DNA of 64,000 nucleotides from a virus: IMG/VR virus record IMGVR_UViG_3300043080_000191; one strand, 5' to 3'. Shown piece by piece: positions 11,509 to 20,231 of this stretch (position 1 is its first letter; each line of letters starts with the position of its first letter). The notes under the pieces were generated by a model. It saw only the letters and a program-made list of their open reading frames with translations, ran no database searches and was not told where the DNA came from. The position numbers and the translations under genes were made by a program.

Positions 11509-11859
11509 ATGGCAAAAAAAGTAAAACAATATCGTTACTATAATGAGCCATCAGCCGCAGGTATAACTAAAAATCAGCCGACCAGTTCAAAACGTTCAGA
11601 TTTTGTTTCTGGTTCTGTTTTTGGAGATAACTTCCCAGTTCTTCAGCTAGGTATTCAAGCTCTTCCTGGAACTAAATTCTACCTTAATGATGGGGTTGAC
11701 CCCATCATTATTGGTAGTACAGGAATTTATGAATTAGATTTAAGTGAAGAGACTGAAATTAGCGCAATTTCTTTTGATGCAGATTCAATGAAATTAATTT
11801 CAGAAAATAATAACGCTTATTTAATAGTGGATATTATTTATGATAATGGGGAGGATTGA
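11509..11859 (+). CDS. Small structural-module protein (116 aa)
   Basis: RBS ttaggaggataaggagaat-ATG. Sits immediately upstream of the 1814-aa protein with a 4-nt gap. Confidence 0.5.
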   Translation: MAKKVKQYRYYNEPSAAGITKNQPTSSKRSDFVSGSVFGDNFPVLQLGIQALPGTKFYLNDGVDPIIIGSTGIYELDLSEETEISAISFDADSMKLISENNNAYLIVDIIYDNGED

Positions 11860-11863
11860 TTGA

Positions 11864-14800
11864 ATGGGATTTTATGGTAATATAACAAATACATCAAGAA
11901 CTCAATTTCAGTTCGATAAAATATATTCAAATAGATATACAATGGATTTAAATTGCGGACTTGATGGAGTTTATGCAGGTAGATTTGTATTAGTTGAATA
12001 TGATAGTGAAATACAGGAAGATTCATTCAAAGACTTCTATTACGATGGATTAGATATGTATACTGCCGCTGATACGAAACAGTCTTTACTTGATTCAAAT
12101 CTTATTATAATTACAGAATTCAAAGAAAATAATAAGGTTTTTGGTGGAACAGTAACGCAAAATAATATTGTTGCAAATAAAACTATTGTTCGAGTGGGTC
12201 CATACAAACGACGTTTTAATGCTAATAAAGATACAATATATGTAAAAAATCTTGGTTCTGGAAAGTATTTAGAGGTTACTGAAGAAGATTATAAAAAATA
12301 TAAAAGTGAAAAAGGATCTTCTTATGATCCAGAGAGTTTAACTACGAATAAAACCTATATTGTTAATGGTATTTTACAAATTTTATCACAAGATTATAAT
12401 CAAATAGGAAATATTCTTCCTGTTGAGGCTGGAAAATCTTATACAACGAATACAACGGAATCATTCTGGATTGCCACTGTTGAAGAAACAGTAAATTCAA
12501 ATAATCAATATCCAGTTACATGGAAAGAATTAAGTGCTAGTGATACAACTTATGTTAAGAATCATTCTATAGATATTGCTTGGTATGGAGATAGTAGAGG
12601 ATTTGATTCAACTGTTTGGCAAAAAGTTTATTCTAGTGGATCTGAAAAATATGTAATGGTTGCAGAATTAAATACTGTTGTGCCAACATTTGCAATATCA
12701 GCAGATGCACCAACAATGTTACCAATCGTTCCTCATTTCGATACAGATAGCACAAATGTTTATTATAAAGTTCATTGGCAACCTCAATGGGGCGTAAGAA
12801 TTAAATCTGCAAATAGCAGTTTAAAAGGAAAGCAGCTTGCGCAAAATGGTGATTGGATACCAAATACTTCAATTTCATTAACTTCTGATGAAACTTTTTA
12901 TCCATCAGATCAAAAAACTTATTGGAAAAGAGATTATTATTCTAGTTTAGAAAATAAAAAAATAGAAACTTATTATGATGAAGAAAATTCATCATGGGGA
13001 ACTGATAAAAATTTTATAGATGCGGCAATTTATTTTAATAAAGATGGCTTTGATTCTGATATTATTAGTTATAGTGAAGATTTATCTGTATTAGGAAGAA
13101 ACAATTATAATCCAAAAGTAAACTGGGATCAAAAAGATAATATTTCTTTATTACCTACTGGATTAAGTGGAACAGTATATAATCCGCATGATGGCTATAT
13201 AGATTTAAAACCAATGGAAGACATTCAAGAGCTTTCTATTATGCTTCCAGGCGTTGGAGATACTATAGCGCATGTTTGGGATCTTATTTATGGTGGTAGA
13301 ACAACCAATAGTGAAATTGGTAAAACTAGTAAAAGAAATACTGATATTTCTTGGGAAGACGCAAAAAATACTCTAAATCGTCAAGGGCTGCGATTAGTTG
13401 GGCATGGTACTAACATATATAATAAAGCTGAGGTTAATACATTAGCGGGATCCATTAATACAGCACATGATTTAATGGGTATGATCATTGCTTCTGTGAA
13501 TGATAGTGATTCTATTGATCCAGAAAATACAAATAATTCTATAGGTGCTTTTAATGAAGATAGAATTTATTGTGTTAAGTCTACTGGGGAATATTATAGA
13601 AAACATAAAACTTATGAATATACAGAACTTTCAAAAGAGAATTATGAATATAAAGAAATATCTTCTTTACCAAGTAATGCAAATATTTTAGAATATTTTA
13701 TTAAAAAAGATGATAATACATATGTTCAAGCAGAAAAGGAAAGTAAAGGTCCATATTATGAAAGATATCTTAATGTAGAGAATGAATACTCTGAAGTTAA
13801 TCTTAATCCTTTTCCACCAACATTACAAGATAGTAATGGACAAGAAATAATATGCAGATATAGAGATTATACTGGAAATATAGATATTCCGGATAGTATT
13901 TATGAAGGTATCAAAGAAGATGCAGGTCGAGAAGCTGCAAAAGCAGAATATATAAAACTGCATTCTGATTATATTTATGATACAAAATATTATAGTGGAA
14001 AAACTTATTATAATGTTACTATAAGTGATCCCGTTAGTTTATCTGCCGAATATACACCAAAAACTTATTGGTATAAAAAAGAAGATGAGTGGGAAGATGA
14101 ACAACAGACATCTAAAGAGGGATATACGATAGATAACTCTTTATCTATTACCAAAAATAGAACTTATTTAATTTTTCATCAAGAAAATGCAATAGAAATA
14201 ACAAAGATTCCAGAACATAATTATAATGGGATTTATATCCCCGGGGTTTATTACTATGCGCAATATAATGTAGTTGATAAAAATATGGAATTAAGTGATC
14301 TTAAAAGAAATCTTGCTAATGGAGTAAAATATTATCAGAAATCCAGTGGATCTCCTTCTTGGTTTGAGATTGAAGGCGGAACAAGAGAAGATGGTTCAGA
14401 ATTTACCGCAGAATCAGTTTTAGAGGAAGCTTATAATAATCCATCATACAGTATTGCTACAGTATCTTATATCTTAGATAAAAATGAAACAGCTCAACCA
14501 AAAACTGTTTATTATTCAATAGCAAGTCAGATCGTTGAGGATGGTAACAAATATCAAGTTATAACTGTATATGAAAAAATTAATGTTGATGAAACAAATT
14601 ATATAAGTGGATTATATTATATTTATGATAATGATATATATAAATTATCTTCAGATCCTTATGATGCATCAAAGGAATATTACCGACAAACTGAAAAATT
14701 AGAACCAGTAACAAACTCTATTGTATTAGATTTAGGAAAACCTTTTAGCTTAATTTCTTTTGTAGATGGTCTTTTTTATACATATTCAAGCGAATTATCT

Positions 14801-17308
14801 ACAGGATCACAAAGCTTTGATGTGGTAAGAAAAACAGATATTGATCCAAAAAAAGATACTACTTATTATGTATTAGGGTACAATAAAGAAACTGGTAGTA
14901 TTAAACAAGAAGATTTAAAAGAAAGTGATAAAGCTTTTACTCAACAGAATGAATTTTATCAATCTGGAGTTTATCATTATGAAAGTGACGGAAGTTATCT
15001 TTTAGCAACAAATAAATCTTATATGGAAGATAAAGCTCCATATTTTACTTTAACAGATGTTAAAGAGGTAACATTAGAAAATGTTTATGAACCTTATGAA
15101 TATTATGAAAAAGAAACGATAAATGGAGAAGATAATTATACTTTAGTTAAGGATGATACGATTTCAGATCAAAAAACTCTTTATAAGCGAGATTCTCTTT
15201 ATGTTATGGAAGATGAAACTGGAACTTATAACAAGGGAGCTATTTGGAACTTTGAGGCTAAAAAAGTGCCAGCTACATTAGTTCTTGGAAAAAGAACTAA
15301 TGCTTGGGATATGGTAAAATTAAAAGATTATGCAAAAAATCTTAATACTCAAAATGGATTAATTTTAAAGACAAATCAAGTGCTTGAATATGATGATGAT
15401 TTAACTCGTGATACTAGAACTGTAAATGGATGTATTAACTATTTACAAGATATTATTGCAAGATTCCATAAAATGGTTCCTGGTCAAATTATGATTGTAG
15501 ATGATTATGGAAGACTTCATAGTGCACAACATGAAGGAGATGATTGGTTAAAAATAACAGTAGATTCTAATGTTAATGAACCAAAAATTACCTTAAATCA
15601 TCGTCCAAAAACGGTAGATGAAACAGCTAAGTCAGGAACGGATTTAAATGATCCTAAAGAAGATACGATAACTATTCAAGACATTACGTTTGATACAACT
15701 GGACATGTACAAACTAACCAAAAGCATACTTATACTTTACCTTATGGTTTTAAAACGATTAAGACTGATGGAACAAATTCAAGTGTTAAAGATATAGAGA
15801 TAAAAGATGATCAAAAAAAACCTATAGTCGCAGATAATACTCAAGATGAATTGACAATAAACCCAGGTAATAATTGGATTAAAATTGCCAATGATGCAGA
15901 AAATGATATTGTGATAATTGCACATGAGGTTCATAGCATAGATGAAAAAACAGAAAAAAATGAAACTAATTTAAATAGTTCTAAAGAAGATGCTATTACT
16001 CTTAAAGATATTACCTTTGATGAAGCTGGTCATATAAAAGCTAATCAGCCACATGAATATATACTTCCTTATGGGTTTAAATATATTAAAACTAATGGAC
16101 GTGGCTCTAGTACTATAGAAAATGCAACAGATACGCCAACAATTACAACAGTTGAAGCAGATAATACTCAAGATACACTGGTATTAAATTCTGGTAATAA
16201 ATGGATTAGAATTGATAGTGTTGATGAAACAACAAATTCATTAACATTCTCACATGATATTCATACCATTACCACAAGTACTTCAACAGTAGACTTTAAT
16301 GAAAGTGGAAATACTTTTTCAATTCCTACTTTATCTTATGATGAGGCAGGACATATAACCTCAAAAGCAACTTGTACTTATACTCTGCCAAATAGTTTTA
16401 AAACTTTTAAAATTTATAAAGAGTATGATACTACTTCATCAGATGATATTAAAGAGATTATTGCTAGTGGAATTTTAGATACACTTTCTATTCAACCAAA
16501 TAACAAATGGATTACTTTAGATGTAGATTCTAAAGATGATCATAAGTTAGTTATTAAACATATGGAGCTTAGAACAGAAGATGAGTCAAGAGGGGAAACG
16601 ACTGATCAATACCCAGCTTTTGGAAAAACATTTAGAGCTCTTTCTGTTAAAGTTGATAAAGCAGGTCACGTAACAGATTTAGCATCTCATACAGTTACAA
16701 TTCCGCTTCCTAGTTTAACTGATGAAGATGAAGGTAATGTAGTAACTGATTTAACTTTAAATGCTTCTGCTGGAGCTTTTACAGAATCTAAAAATTATAT
16801 TGGAAGTTTATCAATTACAGGATTTACACATAGTTATTCTGGAGCAACTTTATTATCTAATACAGATTCATTAAATACTGCACTAGCTGCTTTAGAAAAA
16901 GCTATTTTAGAAGAAATTAATTCTAGAGAAACGGCAATACAAGATCTTGATATGACAGAGATTTCAGCCGAAACAGGTCAGATAATAGAAAAAGTATCTC
17001 AAGAAGATGGTAAAGTAAGTGCATCGGTTAGAGCTTTAACTGCTGATGATATTCCAACACTTACATTAACTAAAATTAGTGATGCGGGGTCGATGGCGGC
17101 AGAAAACGCAAATGATTATTTAACTAAAGAAACTATTGAAAAAACGTATATTACGTCAAATACACAATTCACCTATGAAGCTCCGACTGAAGATGAATCT
17201 GATCCTGATGATAAATTTGATGATAGAGATACAACAATTGAATGGCTCTTCCAGAAGGTTGCTCAATTAGAAAAAATCATTAATGAATTACAACTTGCAA
17301 AAGTATAA
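11864..17308 (+). CDS. Giant fiber/structural protein (1814 aa) with four tandem ~115-aa domain repeats (N-T-Q-D...W-I.I...H..H.I ... D-I-T-F-D-x-x-G-H-x-x-x-N-Q-x-H-x-Y-x-L-P-x-G-F-K) and a C-terminal coiled coil
   Basis: Repeated motifs DITFDTTGHVQTNQKHTYTLPYGFK, DITFDEAGHIKANQPHEYILPYGFK, TLSYDEAGHITSKATCTYTLPNSFK and KVDKAGHVTDLASHTVTIP at aa ~1270-1610 (nt ~15.6-16.7 kb). C-terminus ...EWLFQKVAQLEKIINELQLAKV. Followed by an intrinsic terminator. Confidence 0.6.
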   Translation: MGFYGNITNTSRTQFQFDKIYSNRYTMDLNCGLDGVYAGRFVLVEYDSEIQEDSFKDFYYDGLDMYTAADTKQSLLDSNLIIITEFKENNKVFGGTVTQNNIVANKTIVRVGPYKRRFNANKDTIYVKNLGSGKYLEVTEEDYKKYKSEKGSSYDPESLTTNKTYIVNGILQILSQDYNQIGNILPVEAGKSYTTNTTESFWIATVEETVNSNNQYPVTWKELSASDTTYVKNHSIDIAWYGDSRGFDSTVWQKVYSSGSEKYVMVAELNTVVPTFAISADAPTMLPIVPHFDTDSTNVYYKVHWQPQWGVRIKSANSSLKGKQLAQNGDWIPNTSISLTSDETFYPSDQKTYWKRDYYSSLENKKIETYYDEENSSWGTDKNFIDAAIYFNKDGFDSDIISYSEDLSVLGRNNYNPKVNWDQKDNISLLPTGLSGTVYNPHDGYIDLKPMEDIQELSIMLPGVGDTIAHVWDLIYGGRTTNSEIGKTSKRNTDISWEDAKNTLNRQGLRLVGHGTNIYNKAEVNTLAGSINTAHDLMGMIIASVNDSDSIDPENTNNSIGAFNEDRIYCVKSTGEYYRKHKTYEYTELSKENYEYKEISSLPSNANILEYFIKKDDNTYVQAEKESKGPYYERYLNVENEYSEVNLNPFPPTLQDSNGQEIICRYRDYTGNIDIPDSIYEGIKEDAGREAAKAEYIKLHSDYIYDTKYYSGKTYYNVTISDPVSLSAEYTPKTYWYKKEDEWEDEQQTSKEGYTIDNSLSITKNRTYLIFHQENAIEITKIPEHNYNGIYIPGVYYYAQYNVVDKNMELSDLKRNLANGVKYYQKSSGSPSWFEIEGGTREDGSEFTAESVLEEAYNNPSYSIATVSYILDKNETAQPKTVYYSIASQIVEDGNKYQVITVYEKINVDETNYISGLYYIYDNDIYKLSSDPYDASKEYYRQTEKLEPVTNSIVLDLGKPFSLISFVDGLFYTYSSELSTGSQSFDVVRKTDIDPKKDTTYYVLGYNKETGSIKQEDLKESDKAFTQQNEFYQSGVYHYESDGSYLLATNKSYMEDKAPYFTLTDVKEVTLENVYEPYEYYEKETINGEDNYTLVKDDTISDQKTLYKRDSLYVMEDETGTYNKGAIWNFEAKKVPATLVLGKRTNAWDMVKLKDYAKNLNTQNGLILKTNQVLEYDDDLTRDTRTVNGCINYLQDIIARFHKMVPGQIMIVDDYGRLHSAQHEGDDWLKITVDSNVNEPKITLNHRPKTVDETAKSGTDLNDPKEDTITIQDITFDTTGHVQTNQKHTYTLPYGFKTIKTDGTNSSVKDIEIKDDQKKPIVADNTQDELTINPGNNWIKIANDAENDIVIIAHEVHSIDEKTEKNETNLNSSKEDAITLKDITFDEAGHIKANQPHEYILPYGFKYIKTNGRGSSTIENATDTPTITTVEADNTQDTLVLNSGNKWIRIDSVDETTNSLTFSHDIHTITTSTSTVDFNESGNTFSIPTLSYDEAGHITSKATCTYTLPNSFKTFKIYKEYDTTSSDDIKEIIASGILDTLSIQPNNKWITLDVDSKDDHKLVIKHMELRTEDESRGETTDQYPAFGKTFRALSVKVDKAGHVTDLASHTVTIPLPSLTDEDEGNVVTDLTLNASAGAFTESKNYIGSLSITGFTHSYSGATLLSNTDSLNTALAALEKAILEEINSRETAIQDLDMTEISAETGQIIEKVSQEDGKVSASVRALTADDIPTLTLTKISDAGSMAAENANDYLTKETIEKTYITSNTQFTYEAPTEDESDPDDKFDDRDTTIEWLFQKVAQLEKIINELQLAKV

Positions 17309-17318
17309 TATTTAATAA

Positions 17319-17348
17319 AAGCCTGGTCTCATTGGCCAGGCTTTATTA
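17319..17348 (+). terminator. Rho-independent terminator (AGCCTGG-loop-CCAGGCT + T-run)
   Basis: aaaagcctggtctcattggccaggctttatt directly after the stop of the 1814-aa gene. Confidence 0.75.
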
Positions 17349-17406
17349 ATTTATAAGTTTTAGTTTTAATAAATATTAGGAGAGAGCAGTAAAGGAGGAA
17401 AATATT

Positions 17407-18393
17407 TTGGCATATGTATCTAAATATACTGGATATGTAAAATTTTTACGTGGAACTCCTGACGCTTGGAATAGCCTGGCTGAGAAAGATAAAGATACTC
17501 TTTATTTTATTTCTGAGACAGATGCTACTACTGGAAAATTATACCTTGGAGAAAAGTTAATTAGTGGAGCTATTTCTGGTTCTTCTTCTTTAAAAGATCT
17601 ATCAGATGTAGCACTTGCTACAACGATTCCTGGAAACTCAGTTATTGTTTATAATGATACTACTGGTAAATGGGAAAATAAACCATTAACTTCTATTCTT
17701 TATGATATAGTTTCAGTAATGCAAGGAGCCACTTCTACGACAGATGGCCGATCTGGATTAGTTCCTACTCCTAAAGCCGGTCAAGAAACATTATTCTTAC
17801 AAGGAAATGGAGAATGGGCTGATCCTACATCAACATTGACCGCAACTATAAATGGATTAATTGGTAGCGATACTGGTAAAACAATTCGAGATATAGCTGC
17901 TTCTGAAGTTGCCAAAATCGTAGCAAATGCGCCAGAAGATTTTGACACTTTAAAAGAAATTTCGGATTGGATCGCAGAGCATGAAGAAGTTAGTGATTTA
18001 TCTAATATCCTTAAAAAAGTTGATAGTTTAGATTTAATTGTTAATGGAAATGATGAGACTCAAGGCTTAGTTGCTGTTACTTCTGATTTAAAAACAGAAT
18101 TATATGGAGATGGCACTGATGATAAGCCTGGCTTAGTTGCTGTTACTTCTGATTTAAAAACAGAATTATATGGAGATGGCACTGATGATAAAATTGGTCT
18201 GATTGCTACTACATCTAATTTGAAAGTGGAATTGTATGGTGATGGCACAGATGAAAATCCAGGTCTGATTGCTAACTTTAGTATATTGCAAGCCACTGTT
18301 GGTGATCTAAGCACCGAAATGAAAGACTTAGATAAACGAGTCGATGCTATTGATGAAAGATTGAAATGGCAAGACTTAGTTGAAGAAGATTAA
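17407..18393 (+). CDS. Tail fiber-like protein (328 aa, TTG start) with conserved N-terminal anchor motif and tandem 22-aa repeats
   Basis: RBS aggagg 7 nt before the TTG. N-terminal 'DTLYFISETDATTGKLYLG' motif is shared with the ORFs starting at 18417, 20232 and 30768. Contains 3.3 tandem copies of a 66-bp unit encoding GLVAVTSDLKTELYGDGTDDKP. Confidence 0.6.
   Translation: MAYVSKYTGYVKFLRGTPDAWNSLAEKDKDTLYFISETDATTGKLYLGEKLISGAISGSSSLKDLSDVALATTIPGNSVIVYNDTTGKWENKPLTSILYDIVSVMQGATSTTDGRSGLVPTPKAGQETLFLQGNGEWADPTSTLTATINGLIGSDTGKTIRDIAASEVAKIVANAPEDFDTLKEISDWIAEHEEVSDLSNILKKVDSLDLIVNGNDETQGLVAVTSDLKTELYGDGTDDKPGLVAVTSDLKTELYGDGTDDKIGLIATTSNLKVELYGDGTDENPGLIANFSILQATVGDLSTEMKDLDKRVDAIDERLKWQDLVEED
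18064..18285 (+). repeat. Tandem 66-bp repeat (two identical copies apart from the last 5 nt, then a diverged third copy and a partial fourth) inside a fiber gene
   Basis: The 61-nt core ggcttagttgctgttacttctgatttaaaaacagaattatatggagatggcactgatgataa is repeated exactly at 18064 and 18130; the units differ only in their last 5 nt (gcct vs aatt). Diverged copies follow from 18196. The spurious antisense ORF 18060..18314 mirrors the repeat. Confidence 0.85.
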
Positions 18394-18416
18394 AAAAAAG
18401 AGAGGAGTAAAAATAT

Positions 18417-20114
18417 ATGGCTAATGTAGGTTTTACACTTGGTCCACAATCTAAGGTTGATGAACTTATTGCTGCTGGTACCAGTGCGGGTGCCATAGAA
18501 GGTACTTTTTATTTAACCTCAGATACTAACCGTCTATATATTGGTAAACAGGACACTTCCCTTGCTCCTGTGAACGAGGGTGTCATAACTGTTGCAACAA
18601 TTGATGATTTACCAATTTTTAAAGATAGAGAAGAAAAAACTGCAAATGCGGGTAGATTTTACTATGTTTCTACGGATAATATTTTATGCGTATACAACGG
18701 AAACGAATGGGTTCAAATTAACTCAAATACATATATAACCAAACACACGGCTGCTGTAAGTGCTTCAAATGATGTTGGTACAGTTACACATACTGTTACG
18801 AGTAATAATAATGCTAGTCAATCAGCTAGTTTTACAGTAACAGGAAAAGATGGAATTAAAATCACTGGGACCGGGTCTGCGTTAACTATCACAGGAGATA
18901 AATATACTTTATCAAATGCCGCAGGTACAAATACTGGTGAAGTTGACATTAAACTTGATTCAGCTAATACTAGTAATGACACTAAAGTAACTTTAAAACA
19001 AGGTAATAATGTTACTTTAACAAATGATTCTACAAATAAAACTGTAACTATTGCCGCAAAAGATTCTACGAACGCATCTTTAACAGTTGAGAATGGTATT
19101 AAGGATGTCACCACTAAAGGATTTACAGTTGCTGTAGCAGATTCTTTTGGAAAAACTGTTAGTGGAACATTTTCTCCAGTTATCAAATATGGTAAAACGC
19201 CAGTCACAGTTGAATTTGAAAATGGTACAGCTACTTTAGACGTTTATACTAAGGGTGAAATTGATGATACAATGAAAGCCCTTAATGCAATGACATATAA
19301 AGGTACTATAGGTACTAATTCTGATGGTACAGAAGGTAGTGCAGGTACAACTATTCCAGCCTCTGGCGTATCTATTGGAGATACTTTCTTACTTTGTGGT
19401 GATTTAAAATACGGAAGTGTTAACTTAACTAAAGGTACTTTGTTAATTGCGCGTAGTTCAGATGGTACAGAAGGTAGTAACGGTTATATTGATGCTTCAA
19501 AATTAACCTATGATATTGTTGAATCGACAAATGATACTGATACAACTTATCGTTTACTTAATTCAACTGTAGCTAATGGTGCAGGATTTGCCTTAACAAA
19601 TAGTATGAATGCAGCAGTTGGTACTATTCAAGTAGTTCCTGGAGCTAATATGACAGTAAGTGGAAAAAATAGCAACGATGATCCACTTACTCAGACTATC
19701 ACAGTAGCTCACGCAAATACAACTCGTACTGAATCTGCTATTACAGCAGAAGGTCAAATACCGGCAGAATCACTTATTATTCAAGCTGTTACAGGAGTAA
19801 CATCTGATAGCGCTGGACATATAACCGGAGTTGAAACAACAAAATATACATTAACAGATACTAATGCATCTTTGAGTACTCCAGAAGTTACAACTACAGC
19901 TTTCACAAAAAGTGGAACAAATGTTGGTAATATTAAGACTAAAATTGCATTAAGAAACACGCTTAACAATGAAATATCTACTGGAACAGCTTATGTAAAT
20001 ATTGCTAGTAGTAGTTTATCTATCACTGATAATGACACTATTGGTGAGAATTCATCGAGTACTACAACAAGACAAGGTCTACAAATTGATATGGTTTGGG
20101 GCAGTTTCGAATAA
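18417..20114 (+). CDS. Tail fiber protein (565 aa); carries the N-terminal anchor motif and one copy of the 'S-D-S-A-G-H-I-T-G...Y-T-L' domain found four times in the 1814-aa protein
   Basis: RBS agaggag. N-terminal 'GTFYLTSDTNRLYIGK'. C-terminal 'VTSDSAGHITGVETTKYTLTD'. T/S/N-rich beta-rich composition. Followed by a terminator. Confidence 0.6.
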   Translation: MANVGFTLGPQSKVDELIAAGTSAGAIEGTFYLTSDTNRLYIGKQDTSLAPVNEGVITVATIDDLPIFKDREEKTANAGRFYYVSTDNILCVYNGNEWVQINSNTYITKHTAAVSASNDVGTVTHTVTSNNNASQSASFTVTGKDGIKITGTGSALTITGDKYTLSNAAGTNTGEVDIKLDSANTSNDTKVTLKQGNNVTLTNDSTNKTVTIAAKDSTNASLTVENGIKDVTTKGFTVAVADSFGKTVSGTFSPVIKYGKTPVTVEFENGTATLDVYTKGEIDDTMKALNAMTYKGTIGTNSDGTEGSAGTTIPASGVSIGDTFLLCGDLKYGSVNLTKGTLLIARSSDGTEGSNGYIDASKLTYDIVESTNDTDTTYRLLNSTVANGAGFALTNSMNAAVGTIQVVPGANMTVSGKNSNDDPLTQTITVAHANTTRTESAITAEGQIPAESLIIQAVTGVTSDSAGHITGVETTKYTLTDTNASLSTPEVTTTAFTKSGTNVGNIKTKIALRNTLNNEISTGTAYVNIASSSLSITDNDTIGENSSSTTTRQGLQIDMVWGSFE

Positions 20115-20153
20115 TCTATAATTTTTAATTTTTAGATCAATTAGAGAGGTGAG

Positions 20154-20190
20154 AAGCCGAAGAGATTATCTCTCTTCGGCTTTTTCTTTT
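20154..20190 (+). terminator. Rho-independent terminator
   Basis: aagccgaagagattatctctcttcggctttttctttt. Confidence 0.8.
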
Positions 20191-20231
20191 TATATATGAT
20201 ATATAATGATAGAAAGGAGAATAAAATCCGT

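Noticed and set aside
18060-18314. Minus-strand ORF 18060..18314 (84 aa) with an internally repetitive peptide
   Set aside because: It is a mirror of the 66-bp tandem repeat inside the plus-strand fiber gene and lies fully inside a confidently coding ORF.
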